Part shown: positions 54,502-64,000 of the stretch, one piece after another
Numbering within the stretch: position 1 is the first letter of the stretch
Layout: each line of letters opens with the position of its first letter
Assembly (NCBI GenBank): GCA_963770835.1
Contig: CAVYRH010000008.1
Coordinates: forward strand, 186,692 to 250,691
DNA from: an uncultured Pseudomonadota bacterium
GTDB lineage: Bacteria > Oederibacteriota > Muellerivitia > Muellerivitales > Muellerivitaceae
Length of the DNA stretch: 64,000 nt
Reading direction: 5' to 3'
Translations under genes and position numbers: made by a program
Notes under the pieces: model-generated
What the model was told of the DNA's origin: nothing
Databases searched by the model: none
The model's input: the letters and a program-made list of their open reading frames with translations, nothing else

Positions 54502-55218
54502 CTATTTTTGAACCGAAGTCAGGGTGACTCCCGCTTGGGTCGTGGTTCCATTCTCGATTGTCACTTCCTGCTCCACCGGTTTCCAGTAATCATGCCAGGC
54601 CACCATTTTATACGTGCCGGGCGGGATTCCCACGATCCTGAACTTGGCCCCAGGCGTGACCGTCGTAAAAAAGGGATTCGCCAGCACCAGGATGTCGCTC
54701 TTCATGCTGGAATGGATTTCGCAATAAACGTTCACAGGAACCTCCAGCACCATCATCTTCGCGGAGGCCCTTTGGCCCCGCCCCTTCCTCCCCAGGTCGA
54801 AGGCGTTCACCCGCGAATTGGAAAAGACGTTGTGGTAGACCGGGTCGTGGTTGGTGAAATCCACAATCGTTCCCTTTAAAACAGGCAGGACGCGGTGCGT
54901 GAATTGGAGGAATTTCTGGTCCAACCGGACATGTTCCTTGGGGGGCGGATAGGAACCCGGGACATCCTCAAGGTAGACCACAACTTCTTCTGGGAGAGTA
55001 TGCTGGGCCGGGGATCCGCTTTCATCGTCGTCATAAAAAAAGCCGCCGTTATTGGCGGTGTGGACGGAAGCCTTTGGGCGGGCGGGGGCCGTCACCGTTA
55101 AATGGCCTTCCAAAGCGCCCGTGGACGAGCTGCCTTTATCCTCCGCCAGGGCAAAACCCAAGGCCGCTAAAAGAATGAAAACCAGGAAATAACCGGCCCA
55201 TCGATTCGGTTGTCTCAT
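54502..55218 (-). CDS. Secreted cupredoxin-like protein with carboxypeptidase-regulatory-like domain
   Basis: FTNHDPVYHNVFS and YCEIHSSM (His...Cys-x2-His-x2-Met), PPGTY...AWH. Confidence 0.75.
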   Translation of the reverse strand: MRQPNRWAGYFLVFILLAALGFALAEDKGSSSTGALEGHLTVTAPARPKASVHTANNGGFFYDDDESGSPAQHTLPEEVVVYLEDVPGSYPPPKEHVRLDQKFLQFTHRVLPVLKGTIVDFTNHDPVYHNVFSNSRVNAFDLGRKGRGQRASAKMMVLEVPVNVYCEIHSSMKSDILVLANPFFTTVTPGAKFRIVGIPPGTYKMVAWHDYWKPVEQEVTIENGTTTQAGVTLTSVQK

Positions 55219-55247
55219 TTTTTCCCCAAGTAAAAAGCGGCAGGACC

Positions 55248-57086
55248 TTAAGCGCCGGCTGTCAAACTCGTGACCTCGTACACTTTCACCGGTTCTGAAA
55301 ACCCCTTGAGGGCGATGGGGTCCAGGGGCCTGACTTCCACCAGCCCCTTGAGCTTGCGATACATGCTTTCCGAGATGAGCACTTGGCCCGGCGCGGCTTT
55401 GGAACAGAGGCGGGAGGCCAGGTTGACTTCTTCCCCGATGACCGTGTAATCGGTACGTTTGTCCGACCCCAGGTTGCCCGAGACCACCACCCCGCTGTTC
55501 AAGCCGACACCCATGGTGAGGGGCGTCTGGTTCTTGTCGATCCTGGATTTGTTGTATTGCCCCAAGGCCTTCTGCATTTCCAGGGCGGCCTTTACCCCCC
55601 GCAGTTCCTTGTCCTCAAAGGGTACCGGCGCGCCCCATACTGCCATGATGGCGTCCCCGATGAACTTGTCCAGGGTGCCCTCGTACTTGATGACCACGTC
55701 CACCATGAGGGTGAAATATTCGTTCAGGTCGGCGACGATCTTCTCCGGGGCCATATTCTCGCTGAAGGAGGTGAAACCCCGGATGTCGGTGAACATCACC
55801 ACGCATTCCCGGCGCTCGCCCTTGAGGGCCATCCCCTCCCCGGAAGCCAGCACCTTCTTGGCCACCTCGGGCGAAATGTACTTCCCCAGGATGTTGGTCA
55901 CCCTCTCTTTTTCCCTTAGGCCCTGGATCATTTCATTGAAGGACTGGGCCAGGACCCCCAGCTCGTCGTGGGTTTCCAGCGGCACCTGAGTGTTCAAGTT
56001 GCCCTTGCCGATTTCCTGCACTCCCTGGAGCAGGCTGTTCAGGGGATTCGTGATGCGCCGGGCGATGAAAAAGGCCATGCCGAACGCGAAAAGGACCCCG
56101 ACGAATCCCACGATTACGATGGTTTGCTGGAGGTTTTTCAGGAGGGCCTGGGCCTTGTTCACGGACCGCAAGATGGCGTAATTCCCGATCAAAAGGTTCT
56201 GGGTGTCCATGAAGGGGGCGAACCGCACCAGGTAGTTTTCATCGTTCAGGTCCACGGGAACCGAGGGAGAAGTTGTTTTTTCCTTCCACATTTCGGCAGA
56301 GGGGATGGAAGAGGAAAGGCTTGAGGCCACCAACGGGTACTTGTCTTCCGGCCAAGTAGAGGCCGCAACATCCTTGCCGATAAAAAAGGCGACCTCGCTG
56401 TCGGTTAGTTTTTTAAGTATTTCGGCCAGGGCCTTATCCAGGGCCACCCCCAGGACGATGACCCCCAGGTTCTCCCCGTGGCTCAAGATGGGATAGGTAA
56501 CCGTCTGATAAGCCGTGACCTGGACTTTTCCGCCTGGCTGGCTGTCCCGATAAAGGAATCCGCCCTGGCTGGGCTGGCCCTGCAGGGCCGCTTTGACGTT
56601 GGGCCAGGTATTGGCCATCATGGGCTCCCCCGCGTTCATTTTGGAGGGGTCGGGCTCCCGGCCCGCCCGGAGCGCCACGATCTCCTCGGGGGGATGGTGC
56701 GAATCGAAAAGGACCCGGCCTTCCTTGTCCGTCACCACGAAAAGGGGCGGCGCCTTCACCGAGGAGCTCAGGTCCAGGCACAATTCGCTAACCGTGTCGG
56801 CCATGGTGGAGAACTTGGGCTTGCGCACGTCCAGGGCGGCGGTCAACCGGGGCAGGCCGGCCATCAGCACGGCCTTGTCCCTCAAGCTTCCCGTTTCCTG
56901 GCTGACGAAACTGCTGAAAATGGAGAAAGTACGGTCCAAGTCCGCGTTGAGGGCGTCCCTGCTTTCCGCCTGTAGGCGCACGTTGAGGATCAGGATAATG
57001 GCGACGGTTAAGACCACCACCAGGAGGGTGACGGCCGCCAGCAATTTGTCCCTCAAGCGGAACCGGGCGCGAAGGGGGACGCTCAC
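55248..57086 (-). CDS. Membrane class III adenylate cyclase with Cache-like sensor and HAMP
   Basis: Two TMs, HAMP (DELGVLAQSFNEM), FTDIRGFT, DKFIGD, DYTVIG..VNLASRL (Lys/Asp pair typical of ATP specificity). Confidence 0.9.
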   Translation of the reverse strand: MSVPLRARFRLRDKLLAAVTLLVVVLTVAIILILNVRLQAESRDALNADLDRTFSIFSSFVSQETGSLRDKAVLMAGLPRLTAALDVRKPKFSTMADTVSELCLDLSSSVKAPPLFVVTDKEGRVLFDSHHPPEEIVALRAGREPDPSKMNAGEPMMANTWPNVKAALQGQPSQGGFLYRDSQPGGKVQVTAYQTVTYPILSHGENLGVIVLGVALDKALAEILKKLTDSEVAFFIGKDVAASTWPEDKYPLVASSLSSSIPSAEMWKEKTTSPSVPVDLNDENYLVRFAPFMDTQNLLIGNYAILRSVNKAQALLKNLQQTIVIVGFVGVLFAFGMAFFIARRITNPLNSLLQGVQEIGKGNLNTQVPLETHDELGVLAQSFNEMIQGLREKERVTNILGKYISPEVAKKVLASGEGMALKGERRECVVMFTDIRGFTSFSENMAPEKIVADLNEYFTLMVDVVIKYEGTLDKFIGDAIMAVWGAPVPFEDKELRGVKAALEMQKALGQYNKSRIDKNQTPLTMGVGLNSGVVVSGNLGSDKRTDYTVIGEEVNLASRLCSKAAPGQVLISESMYRKLKGLVEVRPLDPIALKGFSEPVKVYEVTSLTAGA

Positions 57087-57820
57087 TGGTTCACCTTATC
57101 CAGGGTGACGTCGGCCTTTGTGGTCTTCCCTTTTTTAATCGTGACTTTTTGCTCCACCGGCTCCCAGTAATCGTGCCAGGCCACCATGGTGTAGGTTCCC
57201 GGTGGGATTCCCTTGATCTGGAAGGTTTGACCCGGTCCCACCTTGGTGAAAAAAGGATTGTCCAGGACCAGGATATAGGCCTTCATGGCGGCATGCACTT
57301 CGCAATAAACCTTCACCGGGATTTCTGAATGGTCCATCTTCACGGAGACGGTTTCCCCCTTTTTCTTGCGGCCCAGGTCGAACTTGTTAAGCTGTGAATT
57401 GGTGAACACGTTGTGGTAGACCGGATCGTTGTTGGTGAAATCAACCGTGGTCCCTTTCAGGACGGGCAAAACGCGGGTGGTGAATTGCAGGAATTTCTGA
57501 TCCAGCTGAACATGTTTTTTGGGAGCCGTGTATTTCCCAGGGACTTTCTCTAAGTAAATGACGACTTCTTCCGGGAGACTAGGAGGGGCGGCGGCTTGGG
57601 ACGTTTGGGGGTTGCCGTACTCATCCACCGAGGAATTATTGACCGGGGGCGCTTTCCGGGGAGGAGCAGTAACGGTCAACTTACCCGTGAGAGTGCCCCC
57701 CTTGGAAGTGGCAGCCCGGGATGTCCTGGCTAAGACAAGGACGCTTATGAAAGCAATTCCAACCGCAAGACCTTTTATATGGCGTTTCAAGTTCATTCCT
57801 TGAGGCAGGATGGTTGCCAC
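57083..57820 (-). CDS. Secreted cupredoxin-like protein, paralog of 54502-55218
   Basis: Shares LPEEVV.YLE, LDQKFLQF, DPVYHNVF, YCEVHAAM, GIPPGTY..VAWHDYW; start may be 57796. Confidence 0.75.
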   Translation of the reverse strand: MATILPQGMNLKRHIKGLAVGIAFISVLVLARTSRAATSKGGTLTGKLTVTAPPRKAPPVNNSSVDEYGNPQTSQAAAPPSLPEEVVIYLEKVPGKYTAPKKHVQLDQKFLQFTTRVLPVLKGTTVDFTNNDPVYHNVFTNSQLNKFDLGRKKKGETVSVKMDHSEIPVKVYCEVHAAMKAYILVLDNPFFTKVGPGQTFQIKGIPPGTYTMVAWHDYWEPVEQKVTIKKGKTTKADVTLDKVNQ

Positions 57821-57981
57821 ATTATATAAGGATCGATTGCCTTTTAAAGTTACAGTTACACAGTTTTTCCATTGGGACCGGGGCCTTCTGTCCCGGTATC
57901 GGAAACTGTGTGTCCCTCATTGCCACATTGGGCGAAGCCCGATTTAAATTCAGAAATGAGGGTAAGTTGAATTGGAGGGGT

Positions 57982-58854
57982 TTAAGAAGGCCGGTTTAGG
58001 CGCTGGATACGGTCCTTCACTTCGTCGCTAAAACGGTCGATATAAGCCTTGGTGTAATCAAAGGGGTCCAGCGAGTCGTTTTGGATAAGCGGCGTCATGT
58101 CCATTCCCCAGGAAAGGGCCTTGTTCCTGTCCACTTCGTGGCTCTCGAAATAGGTGGCGTTGGCCAGCCTGCGGCCACGGGTCGCCAAGTCGTAACGCTT
58201 GCCTCCGCAGATTTGGGAATCGAACACCCCCATCAAGGCATCCGCCAGATTTTCGTGGCCGTCTACCGGCATGACCACTTTGTCCTCGTCGCAAAGCCAG
58301 TCCAAGCTGCGCCAGACCTCGCACCCGATCACCTTTTTCGGCCTTTGGTCCTTTGTCAGACGCCTTAAGGCCGCGATCACCCGCAAGGCCACCGCCACGT
58401 GGGTATCGTGCTTATCCTGGAAATTATGGGTGTAAACCACCTGGGGACGACAGTGGGCCAAGACCGCGTCGAGGTCGGCGGCTACAGCTGCATTCGCAGG
58501 GTTCTTGACCGCCTTGCTGGGATGGTTGAGGAGAAATTGGGCCGCATATTCGCCGATCGACGCCGCCTTCTTCTGCTCCACCTTGCGGACTTCCATCATC
58601 TGCTCATCGGTGTAGTCTTTGTAATGGGCTTCCCGGGCGCTTCCGCTTCCATTAGTGACGGTGACACCCGTAAACCATTGATCATTCGGGTGGCCGAAGC
58701 ATTCCAGGATGCCGTGGTAAGCCATGAACTCCAGGTCGTCCTGGTGCGCGCAGACGCCCAGGTGGGTGGTGCGCTTCAGCGCCTCCAGAACGGGCTTCCC
58801 GTCCGGGACATAGATTTCAGCTCCTGGGATTTTTAGTTGAAAAGGCAAATTCAC
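57982..58854 (-). CDS. PIG-L/LmbE family deacetylase
   Basis: AHQDD and DKHDTH metal-binding motifs. Confidence 0.88.
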   Translation of the reverse strand: MNLPFQLKIPGAEIYVPDGKPVLEALKRTTHLGVCAHQDDLEFMAYHGILECFGHPNDQWFTGVTVTNGSGSAREAHYKDYTDEQMMEVRKVEQKKAASIGEYAAQFLLNHPSKAVKNPANAAVAADLDAVLAHCRPQVVYTHNFQDKHDTHVAVALRVIAALRRLTKDQRPKKVIGCEVWRSLDWLCDEDKVVMPVDGHENLADALMGVFDSQICGGKRYDLATRGRRLANATYFESHEVDRNKALSWGMDMTPLIQNDSLDPFDYTKAYIDRFSDEVKDRIQRLNRPS

Positions 58855-59194
58855 AACGGCTCCTTAAACCACTAATTTTAAAAGAGAACCTGATTTTTAG
58901 CTCAGTTAGTCGATATGGCTTTCATTCATTGTTAAAACTTAACTTTTACAGGCCCCCGAATTATCCCAGCGAAGCCCAACTAAAAAAGGGAGACCTAACT
59001 GCAACGCAATATTTTCACCATAAGGCATCAAATTTTTTCCAAAATTTATTACTATTTTTTAGCGGCCGATTTAAAAAAATCAATTGTTTCTAAAAACCAT
59101 GATTTCAAAGTTTGAAAAATTCTAACTACTGTTAAAAAAGAAAACCCAAAATATAGAGCGATACAAACGACAAAAAACAGAAAGCCAAGAAAAT

Positions 59195-60552
59195 GCCCGC
59201 GTCAAGATTTTGGGTGTAAATTTTCACGGGCGTCTTAATCAAGCGGCTTGAGCTTCTGTCTCCTTCCTTGAGGTGTGGACTTTAAGCCTATCCCATCTTT
59301 CTTGTTGGGCTTCGGCCACTGCCCAGACCAATTTAGTTAATTCCAGTTCATTCTGCATCATCCCTGCCGGCCTCAGTCTTCTCCTGAGTTCTAGATTGAA
59401 TCTTTCGATGATGTTGCTGGAACGAGTAAGCATCCAGAATTTTGGGTCTTCCCGGAAAAATAGGGTGTAGGACTCAAATTTATTCTCCGTCATCTCCACC
59501 GCTTTGGGATACGTCCTGGACCACTTGGCTTTGAGACTTCCCAAAGCTACTAAGGCTTCTTCCCGGTTCTTGGCCCAATACACAGCCTTGAAATCCGCCA
59601 TGAAAGCCTTTTGATCCTTCCAAGCCACCCGGAAACGGACGTTGCGCATTTTGTGTACTACGCAAAGTTGGTGGGTGATCCCTAAGCGTTTTTCCACCGC
59701 CGCGATGATCCCGCCATGGGCGTCGGACACCACCATCCTCAAACTTTTTCTGTCCAAGCCTCGATTCAATAGGTCTTCCAGCATGGCTTCCCAAGAAGCC
59801 TCACTCTCCCTGTCTCCCACTAAGTACCCGAGAAAATGTCGTTTCAGGTTCCCATCCACCCCGATAGCCACCAGCAACGCCTGTTTCACACCAGCCTCTT
59901 GACGCCTGATTGTCAGGTAAAGCGCATCCAGATACAGGTATCGGATCCCTCCGGGTAAGGGTCGCTTCTCCCATTCCCGCAACGTGGGTTCCAAGGCGTT
60001 GGTCATCTCACTGATGTGGCTGGCCGACCATTTCGTTCCAAAGGCCTCGTTCATCCCTGCCGCTACTGAGCGGGTGGAAGCACCTTTCAGCCAGAAATTC
60101 ATTCCCAGATAACCCATCAGGGCTTGGCTACCGTCCCTCAAGGCCTTCAAAGTCTCGGAAACGAACCCTTTACCCTTCCTCAAAACCGGCTTTCTCAATT
60201 CCAACCGGCCTAGAAATCCAGGCACGAAAATCTGTTTGAAACCATTACGGTAACGGGGTTTTTCCTGCCTTTCGTAGGGTTGGCTACCCAAGAATTCGTC
60301 TCGTTCCTTTTCCAACTGGGTATTGAAAGCCTCGGAAAGCTGCTGGTTGAGAGCCTCCCCGACCCATTGGCCGATCTGTCGACTTCCTACCGCCGACTTG
60401 ACCATGGCTTGAGTTTTCTCTCTTGCCAAGGCCTGCAAGGCTAGGTGTATATTCTTCATGGGCGTAACGTCCTTTCACAAAAAGGATATGGTGTCGTGAA
60501 CAAACACCATGTTACGCCCGTTTCTTTTTACACCCTTAAATTTTACGCGGCC
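59195..60552 (-). mobile_element. IS256 family insertion sequence, intact transposase, no target duplication
   Basis: Imperfect 39-bp IRs GCCCGCGTCAAGATTTTGGGTGTAAA... / ...TTTACACCCTTAAATTTTACGCGGCC; flanks AAGAAAAT and TAATCCCA differ. Confidence 0.88.
59239..60459 (-). CDS. IS256 family transposase
   Basis: RNGF, LYLDALY, VSDAH, QLCVVH, NIIERFN DDE motifs. Confidence 0.93.
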   Translation of the reverse strand: MKNIHLALQALAREKTQAMVKSAVGSRQIGQWVGEALNQQLSEAFNTQLEKERDEFLGSQPYERQEKPRYRNGFKQIFVPGFLGRLELRKPVLRKGKGFVSETLKALRDGSQALMGYLGMNFWLKGASTRSVAAGMNEAFGTKWSASHISEMTNALEPTLREWEKRPLPGGIRYLYLDALYLTIRRQEAGVKQALLVAIGVDGNLKRHFLGYLVGDRESEASWEAMLEDLLNRGLDRKSLRMVVSDAHGGIIAAVEKRLGITHQLCVVHKMRNVRFRVAWKDQKAFMADFKAVYWAKNREEALVALGSLKAKWSRTYPKAVEMTENKFESYTLFFREDPKFWMLTRSSNIIERFNLELRRRLRPAGMMQNELELTKLVWAVAEAQQERWDRLKVHTSRKETEAQAA

Positions 60553-61024
60553 TAATCCCAGGGGCCCTAAAGACCATTTCTTTTCCACTAACCTCTTCAA
60601 CTTTATTTAGGTTATTTTTAATAAATTTGAGCAATGCGGCCATACTTAGTATTTGTCTGTTAATCAAAATATCTGAGGTATTTAAGCTCACTTCAATTAT
60701 TTTTTTTCTGTACTTTTCCAGCAATTTTTTAAAAATCTCAGCTTCTTTGCAAAACACCGGTGGGATAAATAATTTTTCAACCTCAAAACTATTTAAAATC
60801 TCATCGACACCGAAAATATGGTCGAAATGAAAATGAGTGATTACTAATGCATTTATTTTTTTAGCGTTTTTTGATTTAAGGTATTCGAAGGCCGGATTGA
60901 AAAAAATACCGTTCTTTCTAATCACATTGCAATCAATCAGAATATATTTAGATTCGGTGTTTTTTATCTCGACTAAAATTGAATCACCATGATTTACATT
61001 AAAAACATGAAAATCCACAGTCAT
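60553..61024 (-). pseudogene. ComEC/Rec2-like metallo-beta-lactamase-fold protein truncated by IS256
   Basis: FNVNHGDSIL, ILIDC, ITHFHFDHIFG; ORF reads into the IS end after about 157 aa. Confidence 0.8.
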
Positions 61025-61488
61025 TATTTTAAATCTTTAGCGATTTGTTCTATTTCATCCTTTAGGGGGTTTTCCGTTGATTCGTGATAAGGTTCGAAAT
61101 CTTGATAACGATAGCCTTTAAAATCTTGTTTAATTAGATACTTTATTGGTTGGCCATATTTTATGAATTTCTTGTCTTTGAAAAGAATCTTTGGGAAGTT
61201 GACAACAAAATCTGTTTCCAATTTAATCACCACAAATTCGTCATCAACCTTGAGAACAATACCATTTAAATCTTTTATAACCATCTCTTGTTGAATTGAA
61301 ACTGTTGTATTCCCCGATTTAATATCGTCTTTTGCAATCACTGGGTTATCTGAATCATTCGAGGGGAATTTTAATGTTTTGGGTTCAAAACCTTTAGATT
61401 CACTTGTGTAATTAAGAGTCGTTAATTCAATGATTTTATTTTTATTTAAATCTTGTTGAACATCTGTCGGAGGGAAAAATGCTGCCAT
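61024..61488 (-). CDS. Hypothetical protein in an AT-rich operon
   Basis: 154 aa ORF; stop overlaps the MBL start and start lies 3 nt after the upstream stop. Confidence 0.7.
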   Translation of the reverse strand: MAAFFPPTDVQQDLNKNKIIELTTLNYTSESKGFEPKTLKFPSNDSDNPVIAKDDIKSGNTTVSIQQEMVIKDLNGIVLKVDDEFVVIKLETDFVVNFPKILFKDKKFIKYGQPIKYLIKQDFKGYRYQDFEPYHESTENPLKDEIEQIAKDLK

Positions 61489-61691
61489 TGATTAACTCTT
61501 TTTATGGATTTTAACTAATTCATCTGAAATGTTCGTAAAGTAACTTTGATATCTTCTGGCCAAATTCAAAAAACTAAAGCTTGGAATTGACATTTTCTGT
61601 TGGGAAATATCTATATCCATTATCAATCCCTCTCCAACCTCTTGGCCTATTGAGAAATATTTTTTCTCTTCCGTCTTTTGATACGGCCCAT

Positions 61692-63115
61692 GAAGTTGTC
61701 CCGCCGCCAGTTGAATTAGTGAAGTGCGGCTCCTGGTTTGACTACCTTAGGCCGCAGCCGTTTCTCCGTCAACGTCGTTCGCCGTACACCTCCTCAAAGC
61801 CGCCTGTAAAATTGGAATTTCCCTGTATCCCCTGAGGCGTTTGAAGGCTCCTTCCGCCCGCATCAGGCCCGCTGTTGCCCAACGCTGGCGCATGTCCCCA
61901 CCCCGCCACCGCTTCACCCGTCCCGTCACCTTGCCCGCCACACTGAACGCCGACTCGATGGGGTTGGTCGTCACCAAGCTTTTCGCCAACAGGGCCGGTA
62001 GGCCCAGTTTGGCCACCGTCAGGGTTTCTTCCAGGCCTTCCCTCAGGCTTGCGGCGGCGTCCTGGTTGATCCGTGTGAGCCAGGCGGCCAGGGTGTTCAG
62101 GCGCTTCTCGCCTTCCGCCAGTCCTTGCAGGCGTAAGCCTCCGCCATGCGGCTTCGGATTTCGTCATGGTGCTTCTTGGCCACGTAGCCCAGCACGTTTC
62201 GGATCTTGTGCTGCTGGCAGCGCTGGATTTGGACTTGTGACCCGCACAGCCGCTTCACCGCCGCCGCCAAAGCCTTGGACCCGTCCAGTACGAACAGCAT
62301 GGGGTTTTCGAAGTTCAGCCCCGATCCCTCAAGTCCGTCAACAGGTCGGTGCAGACCTGGGCATTCTCCGTGGCCCCTTGGCGCAGCCCCAAAATGACCT
62401 TCTCCCCAGCGTCTTTCCCGGCTTTCACCCCCAGGGCCACCACCAGCATCTCTCCCCCATAGGGCACCCCGTCGATGAACACCGCCACGAAACTCTTGCC
62501 CCTCAAAACGCCTTTCCGTAAGGGTTTTCATCTGTTTCGCCGAGGCCTTCACGAAGCCCCGGCTCACGCTGGAGCGCTTCATCCCAAACCCCTTCGCCAA
62601 AGGCTCCAGGCAGCCTTCGTACTCCCGGCAGGAAACCCCCCGCACCATCCGCCGAAGCGCGTTTTCAGGCATGGCTTCGGGGTTTTGGAGTTTCTGGTAG
62701 GTCTGAAAGAAGAACTTCACCGCCGTCTTTCATCCGCGCCCGGGGCTTGCTGGATGGGCACTTTTCGTCCGGCCAACACCACCGTCCCACCCTGGCTTCC
62801 CCAACGGCTGGCGGATCGCTCCGGCTGGCGCTGGTGCATCGGCCCGCACAGGTCTTGGATTTCCGCTTGTAACAACTCTTGGGCCGCCAACAACCCCAAC
62901 TGACAAGCCAAGCTGTTGAGCCCATCCTGAATCATCGCCACTCGCTCTTCCCGGCTTAACGGCATCTGCCCAAAATTCTTGTCGCCTTTCGAGGCGCTAC
63001 GGTGTAACTTTTTCATGGTGGTTTCCTCTCTTTTTTAAAAAAATTGGTCACCCAGACTTTACAGTCTGGGCAGAGGAGCCACCACCTTCTTTTCAACTAC
63101 GAACGGGACAATTTC
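61692..63115 (-). mobile_element. IS256 family insertion sequence with 8-bp target duplication and frameshifted transposase
   Basis: IRs GAAGTTGTCCCG..AGTTGAA / TTCAACT..CGGGACAATTTC; TSD CGGCCCAT at 61684-61691 and 63116-63123. Confidence 0.92.
61747..63016 (-). pseudogene. IS256 transposase fragmented across several frames
   Basis: Fragments GVSCREY, VFIDG, GATEN, VLDGSKAL, QRCQQHK, TTNPIES lie in different reading frames. Confidence 0.85.
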
Positions 63116-63838
63116 CGGCCCATAATTTAGGCGTAAATTAACACCTTCTGAGTTTTTGGTTTCGAGAATAAGGCCTATATCGTATGGCGGGAATTGTTTT
63201 TCCTGCAAGACATTATTTAAACTTTGATTAAAAGTCAGCAAATCGCCCAAGATTTGATCGAATTTCTTAACATTCTGATCATCTGCGAGCCATAATCTTA
63301 TTCCAATTCGATCATAATTAGAAAATCCATCCAAAGTTACTTTTTTTACGATTTCATCAAACACTTCAGAAATGGCATTTTTACTCAACAATTCAATTTC
63401 CATACCGGACTTATATTCAACTAATACATCAATTGCTTTAATGGAAATATTAAATCTACATATACTACCATCCTCAAGCTCTGCTTGAGAACTTAAGGCG
63501 TGAAGTACGAAATCAATTGAGTTATTAAAATTTTTAAAAGGTTTCTTTTGAAGCTTTTGGGTTATGAAGTCTAAATAACTTCCAAGACTATCAACAACCT
63601 TGTAGGAAATCGGATAATCAAGTCTAAAAATCGCTTTGTATATTTTCATTTTGCCCAAGTAATTGCTCAGATTTTGAAGAAAATTATATATTCTTTTGCG
63701 ATTATTTGATGACTTTTAAGGGTTTTCTTAACCCTAATTTAACAAAAAATGGCTAATTTTCTTGAAATTTAGTGCTTTGTAAAAATTAGCGGCATTTTTG
63801 TTTCCAATCGCTTGCAAGTGTCCCGCCCCCGGCAAATC

Positions 63839-64000
63839 CTATTTCAACCCAGGCACCCCGTCCTTCCCCGCGAGAAACTGGATGCTCGAACCCTCAAAAG
63901 CACTCCCCACCGGTTCAACCCGGCCTCCCAGGTACTGCCCCAAGAACGCCTCGGCGAGCGTAAAGGGCTCAGGCCCCTCAATAATAGTTATTGAAGCAAA
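63839..64000 (-). CDS. C-terminal end of a probable S9 family peptidase (partial)
   Basis: Manual translation ...AEAFLGQYLGGRVEPVGSAFEGSS... resembles S9 peptidase C-termini; enters from the window edge. Confidence 0.45.
   Translation of the reverse strand, partial: FASITIIEGPEPFTLAEAFLGQYLGGRVEPVGSAFEGSSIQFLAGKDGVPGLK

Larger units (their letters stand above)
61492..63658 (-). pseudogene. TIGR04255-like hypothetical gene (about 244 aa) split by IS256
   Basis: Removing the IS and one TSD copy restores one frame: ...LRLNYGP|YQKTEEKKYFSIGQEVGEGLIMDIDISQQ...KIHKKS*; family label is a tentative motif resemblance. Confidence 0.7.

Noticed and set aside
63960..64000. Possible IS end interrupting the S9 peptidase fragment
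   Set aside because: The sequence turns AT-rich and the peptide looks atypical, but 40 bp at the window edge is too little to support a call

Overview
GC-rich bacterial chromosomal window from a diderm organism. PT-repeat/FlgD-type surface proteins and SLH-coiled-coil-beta-barrel proteins suggest an uncultured lineage, possibly candidate division FCPU426, but this is only a tentative inference. Layout: (1) 1-10.6 kb, end of a chemotaxis operon (cheX-like, cheA, Cache-like protein, cheW) with two sigma-54 promoters, a methyltransferase and an NtrC-type regulator with a six-PAS histidine kinase; (2) 10.8-23.8 kb, a mucin-like surface protein, a CBM-like lipoprotein and three tandem paralogous SLH-coiled-coil-beta-barrel proteins; (3) 24-49.8 kb, a xyloglucan-type glycan locus (GH44, GH2, two GH31, GH29, GH43, O-acetylesterase, GH26-like, two sugar-binding proteins) with no SusC/SusD; (4) tRNA-Glu, an M16 peptidase pair, a porin/cupredoxin/adenylate cyclase module and a PIG-L deacetylase; (5) an AT-rich three-gene island broken by two IS256 elements. 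The most striking signal is a palindromic repeat family (GCTGTCATTGCGAG...GAAGCAACCTCAG). One copy encloses a small GIY-YIG nuclease gene between long inverted repeats. Three other copies are internally deleted derivatives that retain the start of that gene. This suggests a REPIN/MITE-like system associated with a GIY-YIG nuclease rather than a transposase. Several other palindromic families occur, two of them in frame inside genes. All calls are from manual reading; no searches were run.
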